A DNA stretch of 64,000 nt from an uncultured virus (IMG/VR IMGVR_UViG_3300030012_002808). Lineage: Duplodnaviria; Heunggongvirae; Uroviricota; Caudoviricetes. Shown piece by piece: positions 47,201 through 55,352 of the stretch. A program made the position numbers and the translations under genes. The notes beneath the pieces were generated by a model that saw nothing but the letters and a program-made list of their open reading frames with translations, was not told where the DNA came from and ran no database searches. Each line of letters opens with the position of its first letter. Position 1 is the stretch's first letter. The stretch lies in IMG/VR virus record IMGVR_UViG_3300030012_002808. The stretch is one strand, 5' to 3'.

Positions 47201-48010
47201 ATATACTATTCTTCCAGCGCCTTCTTCTGTTATCCTAGCATTATCATCAAAATATAAAGGTCTACCTTCAGCATTTGATACTATTGTAATAATACCTTCA
47301 TAGCTAGGATTTTTATCTAGAAAATTACGGTCATCTGTAGTTAGCATTTCTTTTGGGACCTCAGATGATTTCATTGCAACTAAAGCTACAGGTGTACCGT
47401 CATAAAGAATCTCATTAGTATCTGACTCTTTTTGTCTTGCTAGATATACTATATCTTTTATAACCTCATAAAAAAGTTTTTTTTCTGGATCTAATTGATT
47501 TCTTTCAAACTCAGAAACTTCTTCAGGATTAGCAGAGTAGGCCATTTGTGTAGTAGTTGCCCAAGGAAAAACAATCTTAGCGCCTTCATTCTCATTATAA
47601 GACCAAAGAATTTTTTCTTCTTTACCTTCTACTGGTTTAGATGGTTGACTTTTTCTTTCTCTATTAGCTTCTTTTATTTCTTCCTCAACTTCTTCTTTAG
47701 TTGGTTTTGGATCTGCCACAGCTTTAGATACATTCTCAAGATTATTAAAATCTACACGCATTTTAGCAAGGCTGTTAAAATCAAAATCTTGCTCAACTAA
47801 TTTTTCTATAACAGCTTCATCTTGAGAAACTAAATTTAAAATATCAGGAACAGCCTGGGCATAAAGTAATGCTTTATCTTTATCTGGTACAATATCATAT
47901 AACTCCTTAGTAAAAGAATTTATATTAATTGGTTCAGCACCCTCCATTATATCTTTATATAATAGAGAGTATACTTGAAGTGCTTGTTCGCTATTTAATT
48001 TACAGGCCAT
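38261..48010 (-). CDS. virion-packaged RNA polymerase (crAss-like, phi14:2 gp66 type) with N-terminal zincin-like domain
   Basis: 3249 aa; GVRIPVQG...GGDFDIDK catalytic motif (~41335-41360), VGDGQG, WVDVEKD; YHEAWH. Confidence 0.9.
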   Translation of the reverse strand: MACKLNSEQALQVYSLLYKDIMEGAEPININSFTKELYDIVPDKDKALLYAQAVPDILNLVSQDEAVIEKLVEQDFDFNSLAKMRVDFNNLENVSKAVADPKPTKEEVEEEIKEANRERKSQPSKPVEGKEEKILWSYNENEGAKIVFPWATTTQMAYSANPEEVSEFERNQLDPEKKLFYEVIKDIVYLARQKESDTNEILYDGTPVALVAMKSSEVPKEMLTTDDRNFLDKNPSYEGIITIVSNAEGRPLYFDDNARITEEGAGRIVYSYLRQVNLVGDKLLLSNRSKRHYNLVEPEIIASRLVKQMEAQPKAKKVTKEFYEQKVKEIAEQQELQLNELYRLREFLLSEEDAAVLLPITGGSFGIQTDRTRTMSLSQAGLTLEDVKQYEQITTGPKKGYQMIMVSRKKPGVTIDQQIYFQRGDITSELADKIADVLTTKATLNGRELTPEQRQAYFEVFINNSIPRGQRTNRDRITAKMRVIDNVPQLVVKIKGETIKQEDLYTEDTRTLIKEHLMSAVDFKGVKTYPANVHFNGTYKNGSFTDYNISEGKITTNEQKYFDFIAPFMKIEFQDVDNAYFNGLNAYMNYSIPNNLLPASEEAYEVGRPKTRTKTDIEKRYEQAKSKKKDKEAPKKKKTKFKAKKAESKKEAVENNPATKVNLLDDILNTPGRNLNSSRKLKREKAYLKQVFTSKKDRDAAETWWSNSPLSKHISLTRITEIVNSDAYATWQNFGITLYEGDGGTSVDVYHEAWHGFSQLFLTRKEKISLYNEVMKNDKWKNKSFLEIEEDLAESFRTFAISKGKQKRQGVIGRIFRKIYNFLKSLFTGVSKRDVVSTPLDIPVVKELFENLYRASDNPSILSNLTPSMNNIIFTELNRSKTINENFSIDESIKASKLVDNLIANEIRLYNLEKKTTAAGLRILRNTDDKIALYQDVSDKVFGIREQYRDIYDQVIENNDKVENPDVVLEKDLKDKLTLLDKIIDNFGDPVEVFETDILQENVISYNIEKSIYKVLGDTFVEIEDPSNLEASELFKREGGNTISSRELAGMDTLMLLASINKVEKNDAGEAIIVNDFFGIPDIQPIDITWNRLAKILQGSFDEQDMYNRIMENSQNYPELSQLLNLLPNPGAQYKDGAEFDLETSFWQDFKKPRIPYVQLNLQSNKDEGDTYGARMSRTNFDVYQVRRDWEVNFKVSDSTTNPYVSKVKTRPVLKIDEVLKDFGTNGQFNYKKANSFLRAIGVEMDMSSVAIQNIVNDPRFAIRFGVDQIYRILENVNKSTDKDFKEEFAMNPLKNLFEGKGNEDVRGRLRVLAELQNQFSDRFSNFSVTNPEKSRVWEHFLDNTITRMVTSINYASSWQELTGYRDADPNQLFKHMYWMNPDNNTQTQFSVLLGSIFDLKEGSSTFGEKKENALVLQNVAGTQLIDKNENSVGRNTASMDSTSKMLQEFHSMLLNGVEEFMRHASKNTAMGITTSNPINTYDGKSSAKLYVDVQAFMPGRFGEDRGTDIMTNYLAGEVNRIVRYNIGDYSNIKGYNRKVKNKLGQEVDAGSALTAFDDILSYDTQKAIYAKVKDAEKLNNPNYNFKPVLLADAELLENVRQDIQDYFDRVTEQTNNKLSKASYVDQSLLDKVDIRGYNLTSEELQKVLVKAYVYNSWIHKFETTILAYGDAVQYNHAKEEFHKRNAGLGAGGRGFRSDLRAQKFINDNSIFKRYYAERLGKPMRRYDGTFNTAIIQEIENDSPMYSEYLKHLESVYFKRLKNRSKAKKLAKTAMGEYLGMKVGDGQGYVTFESYRMLKKLENNWTDNQERLYRKVALGESLAIEDLIEYFPPYKVQYFGNIQNKGLPVTSFHKFSLAPLVPGVVEETSPLHQMHMKMMDQEIDYVTFESGSKISHIGSGDQVLVNGEFNNELEFTKNVIFAEYLKNQTEVNKSYKGKSIFSTQMRKLILEGLYTQGVIDTTDDSKITSKKVKRYLDHVADYTELAKFELLEEIGYKEDGENNFVPKGPGSTAKLVQIIRTNLEREDLLSDNLIEFIDVFDSGELQHDTSFHPDAAKIEKVLLSIINKRIIKPKIKGEPLVQKSSALYGINLPTYFRDKKKGNKTAAMKVAIAMQGDYYNLFNLKYSEKAGSLEFIKVTDENGELDIEASLARLNEKIKDESWLDANDGANRKAITLVGVRIPVQGLNSMEFAEVYEFLAPQASNIVVVPEEIVAKSGGDFDIDKLTFFMNNLDAVGKIIKPEFSDTKALKSDIAKNGLEAQKIAKQKAGLENEMINDIREILEMPHNYASLITPNGTFILKDIADKLSKKVMDYNPNAVMDRDGKFVDIKGISPTRIFEPLYNLYKHESNAVGKRTLGLGAVENTFNVIMNAAGAKMPEFINIGKNKSEKRQVNMYLRHHKFGDTDRISLSNQYDVDGVNKIADVISQMMNGWVDVEKDAWIFFIQGNYEVAPQLLYLVKAGVPVEEAIYFVSNPLVREYVEQQRLAKSTFAKLLGTEPNAPQFAKRQAASNVIGNNNVAGLNMKSKNSARNETGENLISDLFSNRKDKTFTLDEMRKVIDTNDKQSDLSHAMFLHYLSLEAQVSGLTRLKLSSNPDTSTKSTISDVEQTEADLDMEKVGDHAELLESFMNDSVISSFFNGPLSIALSKSLFTLRFNKAVSDFLIVKDEQITRDLIPMMFPGGNKEQFATTFRNDLVSFLFQNELRKYKLGDYYNSFETKTSFRTKPIDNFSRGAFVKDGILYVDEKTLQQEFINRDWEEGSDSDTSYESRDMFALNPGTFMRNGGKNYNEYLKFVLERETLRDVLPIQTLSKTTEFATELSRTQEMKPDLSSAKQSRYTYEKMISHRALTNTMNIYHMFIDPNYAFGIRYADLLDEFPNLKSNYEVLQKLQLDSNANQTVFNLYIPEKDYTNDLSNLYTKNLLDLANPSVVKSIDQEENYRISRFFTDLKLFAFMQSGLNKEKVSITNVVDYTPFIQLLELGEKDLLNTLNTAGNKFLDNFFTLFQNQNSKYNPNKKLFKDYLANIDYENPARIKDVLNPTQERNLEETVQEDIEEDINEDIVPSNRLGLSITARSNMFTYNDNGAQAGYYENLVNANQDVVFIHNSTIKELQEDYTINFGGQSRFVALADDMSIDIPTGQDAQNDGMANTPYTYESIKELYERRINEIKKVNESQVVIAFPESGFGKNLPQELFVYLSKRLFEEFGYLNPGSTQYDIVEELVAQTQGISDKEVLAMLELQEDPFKC

Positions 48011-48012
48011 TA

Positions 48013-51000
48013 TTAACAGTTTTTTGAATTATCTTTTAATTCTTTTAACAGGTCTTCTCTACTACTCTCAGTGGCTTTTGTTTTAGCCTTATCTATAGCT
48101 TCTTTATCTTCACCTAATTTTTTAAGATCAGCAATATTTTCTGTTGCTATATCATTATCTTCTGGCGTAATTTCTAGTTCCATAGTTTCCTCTTCAGTTA
48201 TTCTACTAAATGTTGATTTAAGCTCAGTCTGCGACCAATCTCTTGTATTTTTACTAATTATATTTTGCACAACAACCAACGGTCTAATACTTTCTTTATT
48301 CTTTATACTTTTTACTAAATATATAGATCCATCATTATTAAGAGACAAATATGTTTCACCAGGAATTAAATTTTCTATATCCATTGACTTATTAATCTCT
48401 TGTAACTTAGTACTATAAGCTTCTTTAACAGCGTCAAGGTTTAATTCTGAACCGTCTTTATTAGCTTCCAAGAATGCTTTTTCATAAGCAGCTTTAATTG
48501 TGCTAGCATTAGCCTCATTAATATCTGTAATCAAAGGATTCTCTTGCTCCTCTCTAGTTTCAAGAATATCTAAACCTCTAGATTTTTTAATATCTGCTTT
48601 TAACTCTCTTGTTGTAGACGGTCTAAGAACTCTCTTTGTCTCTTGTCGTCTAGGCTCTGCATTCTCAGGTACACTAGACCTTTCCTGTATTTTTTCGGGA
48701 TCAAAGAGGTCTTTGACTTCTCCTTTTTGTCTTTTACTGATTTTGCCATCCTTGTTTAATTTAATTAATTCTAAATCTGATAATAGTAAATTTAGTGAAT
48801 TTATTTGTCTTACTATATCATCTACAATATCACCTCTGTTTATAAAATCAAATCCTAGCTGTTCAAGCTTTATAATTGAATCTTTAACCCAATCAATAAG
48901 TTCTTGACCATTCTGATATGATACACCTTCTAAACCTTCATCTATTAATGTATCCATAGCAGCAGGATAGTTTTCTGATAGAATAGAATCTATAGCTTCT
49001 GATATAGTTTGATTGATAGATAATCTTCCAATTTCTTTTAGATCTCTAACTTCATCAGAACCAACCCTATTCTTAGTTATTTTTTGAAAACTATTAGGTA
49101 ATTTATTTAAAGCAAAAATATAACTATTTAGATTACCACCTCGTAAATATACAGTTGGATTGTTGTTAGATAACTCTGTTATTTCAGAGTCAATTCTTTT
49201 CTTCTCTGACTGAAATCTAGATATTTTTCTAATAATACGATTAGTATCATTTTTAGATTTAGCTTTAGCCTGGTTTTTCCTGAGCTGAAATATTTTAACA
49301 CTTAAATCAGATGAAGCTTTCTTAAGTCTATTTATTTTATTTGAATTTTGTTTATAGCTTAATAATGTAATAGCCCCTGAAGCATCGCGCAGTACATCAT
49401 ATTTTACACCATTAATTGTAGCAATTGATTCTTGTGGGTTATCAAACTTAGCATTTATAACTTGTGCATCAACAACTCTTTGTTGACCCACTTTTTCAAT
49501 TGTAGCTGTAGGTTGTATACCTATATCCATGATACTAATATCACCGTCACTAACAGGTTTTAAATTGAATAATATCTCTGTTATTTCTGATCCAGGTTTA
49601 GCTTTTTTCTTTTCTAATTTAGAAATTTCAGATTTTAAATTTGATATAACCTCATCACTTTTAAATTCATTAGCTTGTTCCAAAGATAATTCATTCCGAA
49701 GCTGCTCTAAAGCAATCTCTGTTGCCATATCAGCAGGAGCTTCTTGCCTCAATGCGTATCTACCATTAGGTAATTGAACTAAGGTTCCTGTTTCTCCTTG
49801 ATAAATAATCATATTACCTATGTTATCACGGAGACTAAGCTGTGTAGGATCAGAAGATGGTATTGTTGAGTCTACAGAAACCTCACCTTTAACATTTTCC
49901 CCTTCGATTTTTGTTAAGTTTGGCTCTATTCTCTCTATACCATAGTTAGCAACTTCTGTAAGATACTCTATTTCTATAGTATCATCCTGAATGTCACTCA
50001 TCATACCTGGCTTTTTAATAGAGTTAATATAACCATCAATAGTTACATTTAATTCTAATGGTAATAAACCAATAGACTCTACATTTATACCAGTCATATT
50101 ATAAAATAAATCACTGTAAATAGTTTGTTGGGCTCTAAAGTAGGATTCTTTATCATACCTTTCGCCTGTACCATACCTTGACCATGTACCAGGTTGAGCA
50201 GTTTTAATATCTATAATCTTAACATTACCTTCTGTATCTACAGCAAGAAGATCAATCTCTCCTGTAATACCGTGTTCTAATAAATTTTTATCAAAAAGTA
50301 AAACATTCTCAGAAAGAATTTGCCACTTACCATCTATAACACCTTCTCTAAGTTTAGAAATAATACCACTACCTGTTTTAAATAATGCATCAAAAGCCTC
50401 TCTTGACATAACATCTGAAATTTTCACAGGAAGACCTTTCATTTCTACAGTTGAATCATAGTTAAAATCTACAAATCCTGGACCACCTTGTTCAGCTTTA
50501 GGAGTTAAAAACATTCTAGTAAGTATATCTACAGTATTACCACTCTCTGAGTAATGATTCATTGCAAGCCTTCTAACAACACGATCTAGTGTTTCAAAAG
50601 TTGGATCCTTTCTAAACGCATTCTCTAAAATACCAAGCTTCTTTTCACTACCAAAACTATTTTTATAATTACTATAAGCTAGCTCTCTAAATCTTGAAAT
50701 AAACTTATCTATTTTTGACTCTAGAGTAGGTAGCTTATCACTTTCAAAAATAGTATTATAAAGATTTTCTATTGGACCAGGTTGACCATCTTCTGTTTTT
50801 TCAATTGGGTCATATCTAAACTGAGGATCTCCTGTTAAATCTTGCTTAACTTTTTCAGCTACACTAGTTACACGAGTTGGTCTAGGGTCAGTTTCTTCAC
50901 GATCTGCAAACCGTCTACCAATAACATTACCATCTTCATCTTGAATCTCAACAACCTCATTACGTCTATTAATAATGTTATTTGTAATATTTAAAATTAC

Positions 51001-54000
51001 TTCTTGCGCTAGAGTTTGGGGTTGAAAAGCTTTAGATCGGGCATCTAAATATCCACGTATTGCTTCTAGGTCAGAATTAATATTTGCTATATCTTCAGCA
51101 GTGAGTTGAACTTTCTCACTAGGTTTCTGAGCATTTGGTGCATACTCTCCATCACGTAGTATAGATTCTAATTTATTATATATTTTACTAATTTCTTCTG
51201 ACTTTGTATTAGCTGTGGCTTTATAAGGTAGAAACTTAAGAGTAGGAGGTTTTGCTAACTCTTCTGCTTTTAAACGATTTGCTTCAGCTAATTCTTCATT
51301 AAGCTCATCAATTAAACCAATTTGTTGTTGTAACCATCTTTTCCTTAAAGTTTCATATTTATTAGGATCCACTTCTTTTAAATTCTCACTCTCCTCTAAA
51401 TCAGTTACTAAAAATTCATCAAACAAAGAAGTTATCTTTTCCTGAGCTGCAATATCAAAATCTTTAAATGGTGTATCTGTAGTGTAAAACGCAGGAGCAT
51501 CTATTTCTCTATCAGAAGATCTAAACTCATCAGTCAACTTTTCTAAAAGAGCATCATACTCCTCATTAATTTCTTTAACAGACTCCTTATAAGATACATT
51601 TATTGGATCCAACAGATAAACATCAGCATTTTCTACAATTACAAGTGCATCAGTTTCAACATCATTAATTTTTTGTTGAAGCTGATCTTTAACATCAGTT
51701 AAATATGCAGACAAAATTAACTTTTGAAATGCAGCACCTACCTGAGTATCTCGTAATACAGACTCATCAACATCAGCTTTTATTTTATCAGCAGTCTTAT
51801 TTAATTTTTGTAAGCTTTCTGGTATAGTAATTAATCTTTCTACAGATTCTTGAAACTGTTCCTCAGTAATAAACCCTTCTGCAACTGTAGATTGATATGC
51901 AGCCTCCAGCAATACATAATCATTACTTTCTAATTGATTTAGAATACTATTTAGTAGGTCCATTCTTGCAACTAAATCTATACGTTGTTGCTCAGTATCA
52001 ACCTCTCTTTTATCAATCTCTTTTAGTAGTTCATCAAGAGTATTACCAAACTTTTCTTTAAATGCAATATCAAACTCTTCTTTTTCATATTTAAGAGCTT
52101 CGGTTCTAGCAGCTTCTATCTCATTTTTTCTAGCCTCAAAAGTATCTTTATCAGTAACATCCTCTTGATCATCTCTCTGATAGTCTGCCTCAGCAGCCAT
52201 TTCAAATAATTCTACATACTCCTCATATAAAAGACTATCCTTATTTATTATTCTTTTGTTAGTTATATCTATAAAATAATCAGGTAGTTTATCATGATCT
52301 TCAACCCAGTCTGCAAACTGTTCTAGATCTACAAAGATACCTTTATCTGCAAGCTCATTTATTAAAGCATTTTTTTCTATATTAGATTGATTAGCATCAA
52401 CTACATCTTTAAAGTATTGCTCTCTATTATTATAGAGATCTTTCATCCACTTAAAATTAGAATCAACATGCTCAAAGAAATCTTTTGGATTACTTAGTAG
52501 ATTAATATATGTAGCAAGACCAGCATTTTCATTTTTAATAATGTGCATATTTAATAATGAATCAAATAAATTATCAAAACTTTCATTATCTAATTGCATC
52601 TCCAGCTTTGCTCTTTCTTGTGGATCAGAGACTAATGACATTAATAAATTTCTAAATGAATCTTTGTATCTTGAAAATTCAGTAGTTTTACCATCTTCAA
52701 AATCTTTCATCATTTCATTTAAGACCTGTATCTCAACCTCTTCTTCGGTTAATGATGGATCTTTTTCCATCATTTCAGTCTTAAGATTACTAATAATTTT
52801 ATTTTTAAAGTATGCATTTATCAGATCATTCTGAGCAGACTCATACTCTTTAAGAGCTTCTATTTTTGCTTGTCTAAATTCTAGGTCTTGATTGATCTCA
52901 GATTGATATTCTAAATTAGGATTAGATCTTAAACCATCTAACTCAGTTTCTAACATTGCAATCTCTCTACTTAGCTTTGCAGGATCTACTAAAGAACTTA
53001 CTTCTGAGAAGTTTAAGTTTTTAATAGCATCTACTTCACTTAGCATATTATAAAGCTTACTTTGTGTTTTTAGGTTCTCATCAAAAGAACTTTGAAAAAA
53101 GACAAAGTTTTGTAGCGCTAATTGGTACGCTCTATTATATATTTGAGCCTTCTGATAATCTTCACTACCTTTTTTAAAGTCATCTAAATTAATTTGATAC
53201 TTCATTTTATCTCTAGCAGCACGGTACCTTTTAGAAACCATCTCTGCAGACTGTATATTTGCATCTAAATCAGCTAGAGCTTTTTGACCCTGACCTGACT
53301 CAAGCCCCCAAGCTTCTTCAATATCTTTAGGACTAGCTTCTTTATAAGACTTTAAATTCTTTAAGAACATATCAAAAGTATTATTCTGTAAAGATGTCAT
53401 AGCAGCACTCATAAATGCGGCAAATGCAGTATCTTTAGCCTCTTTCTCAGTTATTTCTTCTGAGTCTATTGTTTTAGCAGCTAGCATCTGATTTGCATAA
53501 TTACTAAATCTTGGGTCAAAAAAGAATTTAGCATCTTTATGCATTGTGTTTAAAGCATCTTTCATTTGATTAGCCTGTTCTTCTTGACTATCTAAATACT
53601 CTTGCCAATTATTTCTATGCTTATAAAATCTATTGTAACCCATAGTGGCACCATTAACCAATCTACCTGGTAACTGTAAAATAGTTCCCATGGCAAAACC
53701 TGATGCAAATGTTTCAAAACCTTGAGCACTAATTTGTTGATCTATACCATTACTTAATTGACCCAATACATATTGCATGTTTTTAGCGCTTGGGTCATAA
53801 AAAGTTTTCTTATAATATTGTTTAGTAGCTTCATTTAAAACATCTTGAGCAGTCTCTTGAAATCCTTCCATGACATTACCCTTAAAGTAATTCCATGCAG
53901 TATTACCCCATACTTTAGGCTTAGTAAATCCTTTTAAAGCATTTTTAAAACCTATTTTTTCTATATTATATGCACCATCTACAACCTTTTTTCCTGGATC

Positions 54001-55350
54001 ATATACAAGCTGGTATTCTCTATTAGCTCTACCTAAAACAGTAGTGCCCGCAGCCATCTTAGATGTACCTCGTAAGAAACTAGCTTGTGTAATAGAAGGG
54101 AATACAATCTTATTTGTATAAAAAACTAATGCTGAATTATGTAAAGAGTTTCTCCAACCAGCTGCATCAGCTTGTTGCATAAATTCACTCTGTAGTTCAG
54201 CACTTGGGGCAACACCATATTTGGAGTAGTAATCATTATATAATTCATCATATGTTTGTTGCTTAGTAAAACCACCCTCAAGTCTACCTTCAGAAATAGC
54301 CATATTCATATTCTTGACATCATTCCAAAAAGCGCCCGCAGTTCTTGAATATCTTGCTAGATTAGTTAAATTTTTAGAAGTTTTAATACCTTCATAAGTA
54401 TTATCTAATGGGTTTATAAATTTACCAAAGTTTCCAGCAGCTTGTTTCCAAAGTTGTTTTGATTTTGCAACATTAGAATACGTTTTAATCTGCTTCATCA
54501 TATTACCCATTGCTTTAGCAGATTGATATAATGATTTAGGTAGTCTTGCAAAGTTCTTAAACATACCTGTTACACCACCTAAAGCAGCGCCAGGAATAGC
54601 TCCAACACCACCTTCTGCTAAACCTACAGCACCACCAATAAGAGCACCTTCTATAGCACCTTCTAATAATATACCAGCTGAGTAACCAGCACTTAAAACT
54701 AAATTATTTGTGAAACCACCTAATCCACCCTTACTACTATAAGCAAGTTGATTTAAGTAATCATATTCTGAAGCTTCCTCATCACTTGTATCAAAAGGAC
54801 TTTTACCTTGCATCATATTACCATATGAATGCAAAGGACTCATAAAACCTAATCCTAGCATTGGTAAAGCAGCAACTTTCAATGTTCTACTTAGATCATC
54901 ACCAAAGCTTGTATTATCATTATACCAAGACTCATTATCAATAAGTGGATTAAATCCTATTTTATTATACGTATCTTGACCATAAGCCTTATATCTATCT
55001 TTAAATGCACCTTTAGGAGATGAATCAAAAGTATACATAGGAGCATACGCTCTTTTGTTTTGTTGTGAGTTTACTGTAGCTGCAGTTTTTCTAGATAAAG
55101 CCTCAATCCAATCACCACCTAAATCTGGATTAGTAGAATTTTCTTTAACATCTTGAGGTGTATAGTATGGTGGTAATCCCCCTGTATTTTTTTGAGTATC
55201 AAACGTAGTATTTTCAAAAGCATTAGGTACAGAATTAGGAAACATAGGTGTTAATTCATTAGACATACCTATTTTTGCAGGATCAAACATGTCTGTCATA
55301 CCAGCTAACTCATCAACTTGACTATCTGGATTTAATTTTTCTTCTGCCAT
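48013..55350 (-). CDS. giant virion/ejection protein with Gly-rich membrane segment and PD-(D/E)XK domain
   Basis: 2445 aa; GAIEGALIGGAVGLAEGGVGAIPGAALGG; E...GEIDLL...IIDIKT...QQTIY. Confidence 0.8.
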   Translation of the reverse strand: MAEEKLNPDSQVDELAGMTDMFDPAKIGMSNELTPMFPNSVPNAFENTTFDTQKNTGGLPPYYTPQDVKENSTNPDLGGDWIEALSRKTAATVNSQQNKRAYAPMYTFDSSPKGAFKDRYKAYGQDTYNKIGFNPLIDNESWYNDNTSFGDDLSRTLKVAALPMLGLGFMSPLHSYGNMMQGKSPFDTSDEEASEYDYLNQLAYSSKGGLGGFTNNLVLSAGYSAGILLEGAIEGALIGGAVGLAEGGVGAIPGAALGGVTGMFKNFARLPKSLYQSAKAMGNMMKQIKTYSNVAKSKQLWKQAAGNFGKFINPLDNTYEGIKTSKNLTNLARYSRTAGAFWNDVKNMNMAISEGRLEGGFTKQQTYDELYNDYYSKYGVAPSAELQSEFMQQADAAGWRNSLHNSALVFYTNKIVFPSITQASFLRGTSKMAAGTTVLGRANREYQLVYDPGKKVVDGAYNIEKIGFKNALKGFTKPKVWGNTAWNYFKGNVMEGFQETAQDVLNEATKQYYKKTFYDPSAKNMQYVLGQLSNGIDQQISAQGFETFASGFAMGTILQLPGRLVNGATMGYNRFYKHRNNWQEYLDSQEEQANQMKDALNTMHKDAKFFFDPRFSNYANQMLAAKTIDSEEITEKEAKDTAFAAFMSAAMTSLQNNTFDMFLKNLKSYKEASPKDIEEAWGLESGQGQKALADLDANIQSAEMVSKRYRAARDKMKYQINLDDFKKGSEDYQKAQIYNRAYQLALQNFVFFQSSFDENLKTQSKLYNMLSEVDAIKNLNFSEVSSLVDPAKLSREIAMLETELDGLRSNPNLEYQSEINQDLEFRQAKIEALKEYESAQNDLINAYFKNKIISNLKTEMMEKDPSLTEEEVEIQVLNEMMKDFEDGKTTEFSRYKDSFRNLLMSLVSDPQERAKLEMQLDNESFDNLFDSLLNMHIIKNENAGLATYINLLSNPKDFFEHVDSNFKWMKDLYNNREQYFKDVVDANQSNIEKNALINELADKGIFVDLEQFADWVEDHDKLPDYFIDITNKRIINKDSLLYEEYVELFEMAAEADYQRDDQEDVTDKDTFEARKNEIEAARTEALKYEKEEFDIAFKEKFGNTLDELLKEIDKREVDTEQQRIDLVARMDLLNSILNQLESNDYVLLEAAYQSTVAEGFITEEQFQESVERLITIPESLQKLNKTADKIKADVDESVLRDTQVGAAFQKLILSAYLTDVKDQLQQKINDVETDALVIVENADVYLLDPINVSYKESVKEINEEYDALLEKLTDEFRSSDREIDAPAFYTTDTPFKDFDIAAQEKITSLFDEFLVTDLEESENLKEVDPNKYETLRKRWLQQQIGLIDELNEELAEANRLKAEELAKPPTLKFLPYKATANTKSEEISKIYNKLESILRDGEYAPNAQKPSEKVQLTAEDIANINSDLEAIRGYLDARSKAFQPQTLAQEVILNITNNIINRRNEVVEIQDEDGNVIGRRFADREETDPRPTRVTSVAEKVKQDLTGDPQFRYDPIEKTEDGQPGPIENLYNTIFESDKLPTLESKIDKFISRFRELAYSNYKNSFGSEKKLGILENAFRKDPTFETLDRVVRRLAMNHYSESGNTVDILTRMFLTPKAEQGGPGFVDFNYDSTVEMKGLPVKISDVMSREAFDALFKTGSGIISKLREGVIDGKWQILSENVLLFDKNLLEHGITGEIDLLAVDTEGNVKIIDIKTAQPGTWSRYGTGERYDKESYFRAQQTIYSDLFYNMTGINVESIGLLPLELNVTIDGYINSIKKPGMMSDIQDDTIEIEYLTEVANYGIERIEPNLTKIEGENVKGEVSVDSTIPSSDPTQLSLRDNIGNMIIYQGETGTLVQLPNGRYALRQEAPADMATEIALEQLRNELSLEQANEFKSDEVISNLKSEISKLEKKKAKPGSEITEILFNLKPVSDGDISIMDIGIQPTATIEKVGQQRVVDAQVINAKFDNPQESIATINGVKYDVLRDASGAITLLSYKQNSNKINRLKKASSDLSVKIFQLRKNQAKAKSKNDTNRIIRKISRFQSEKKRIDSEITELSNNNPTVYLRGGNLNSYIFALNKLPNSFQKITKNRVGSDEVRDLKEIGRLSINQTISEAIDSILSENYPAAMDTLIDEGLEGVSYQNGQELIDWVKDSIIKLEQLGFDFINRGDIVDDIVRQINSLNLLLSDLELIKLNKDGKISKRQKGEVKDLFDPEKIQERSSVPENAEPRRQETKRVLRPSTTRELKADIKKSRGLDILETREEQENPLITDINEANASTIKAAYEKAFLEANKDGSELNLDAVKEAYSTKLQEINKSMDIENLIPGETYLSLNNDGSIYLVKSIKNKESIRPLVVVQNIISKNTRDWSQTELKSTFSRITEEETMELEITPEDNDIATENIADLKKLGEDKEAIDKAKTKATESSREDLLKELKDNSKNC

Positions 55351-55352
55351 AA

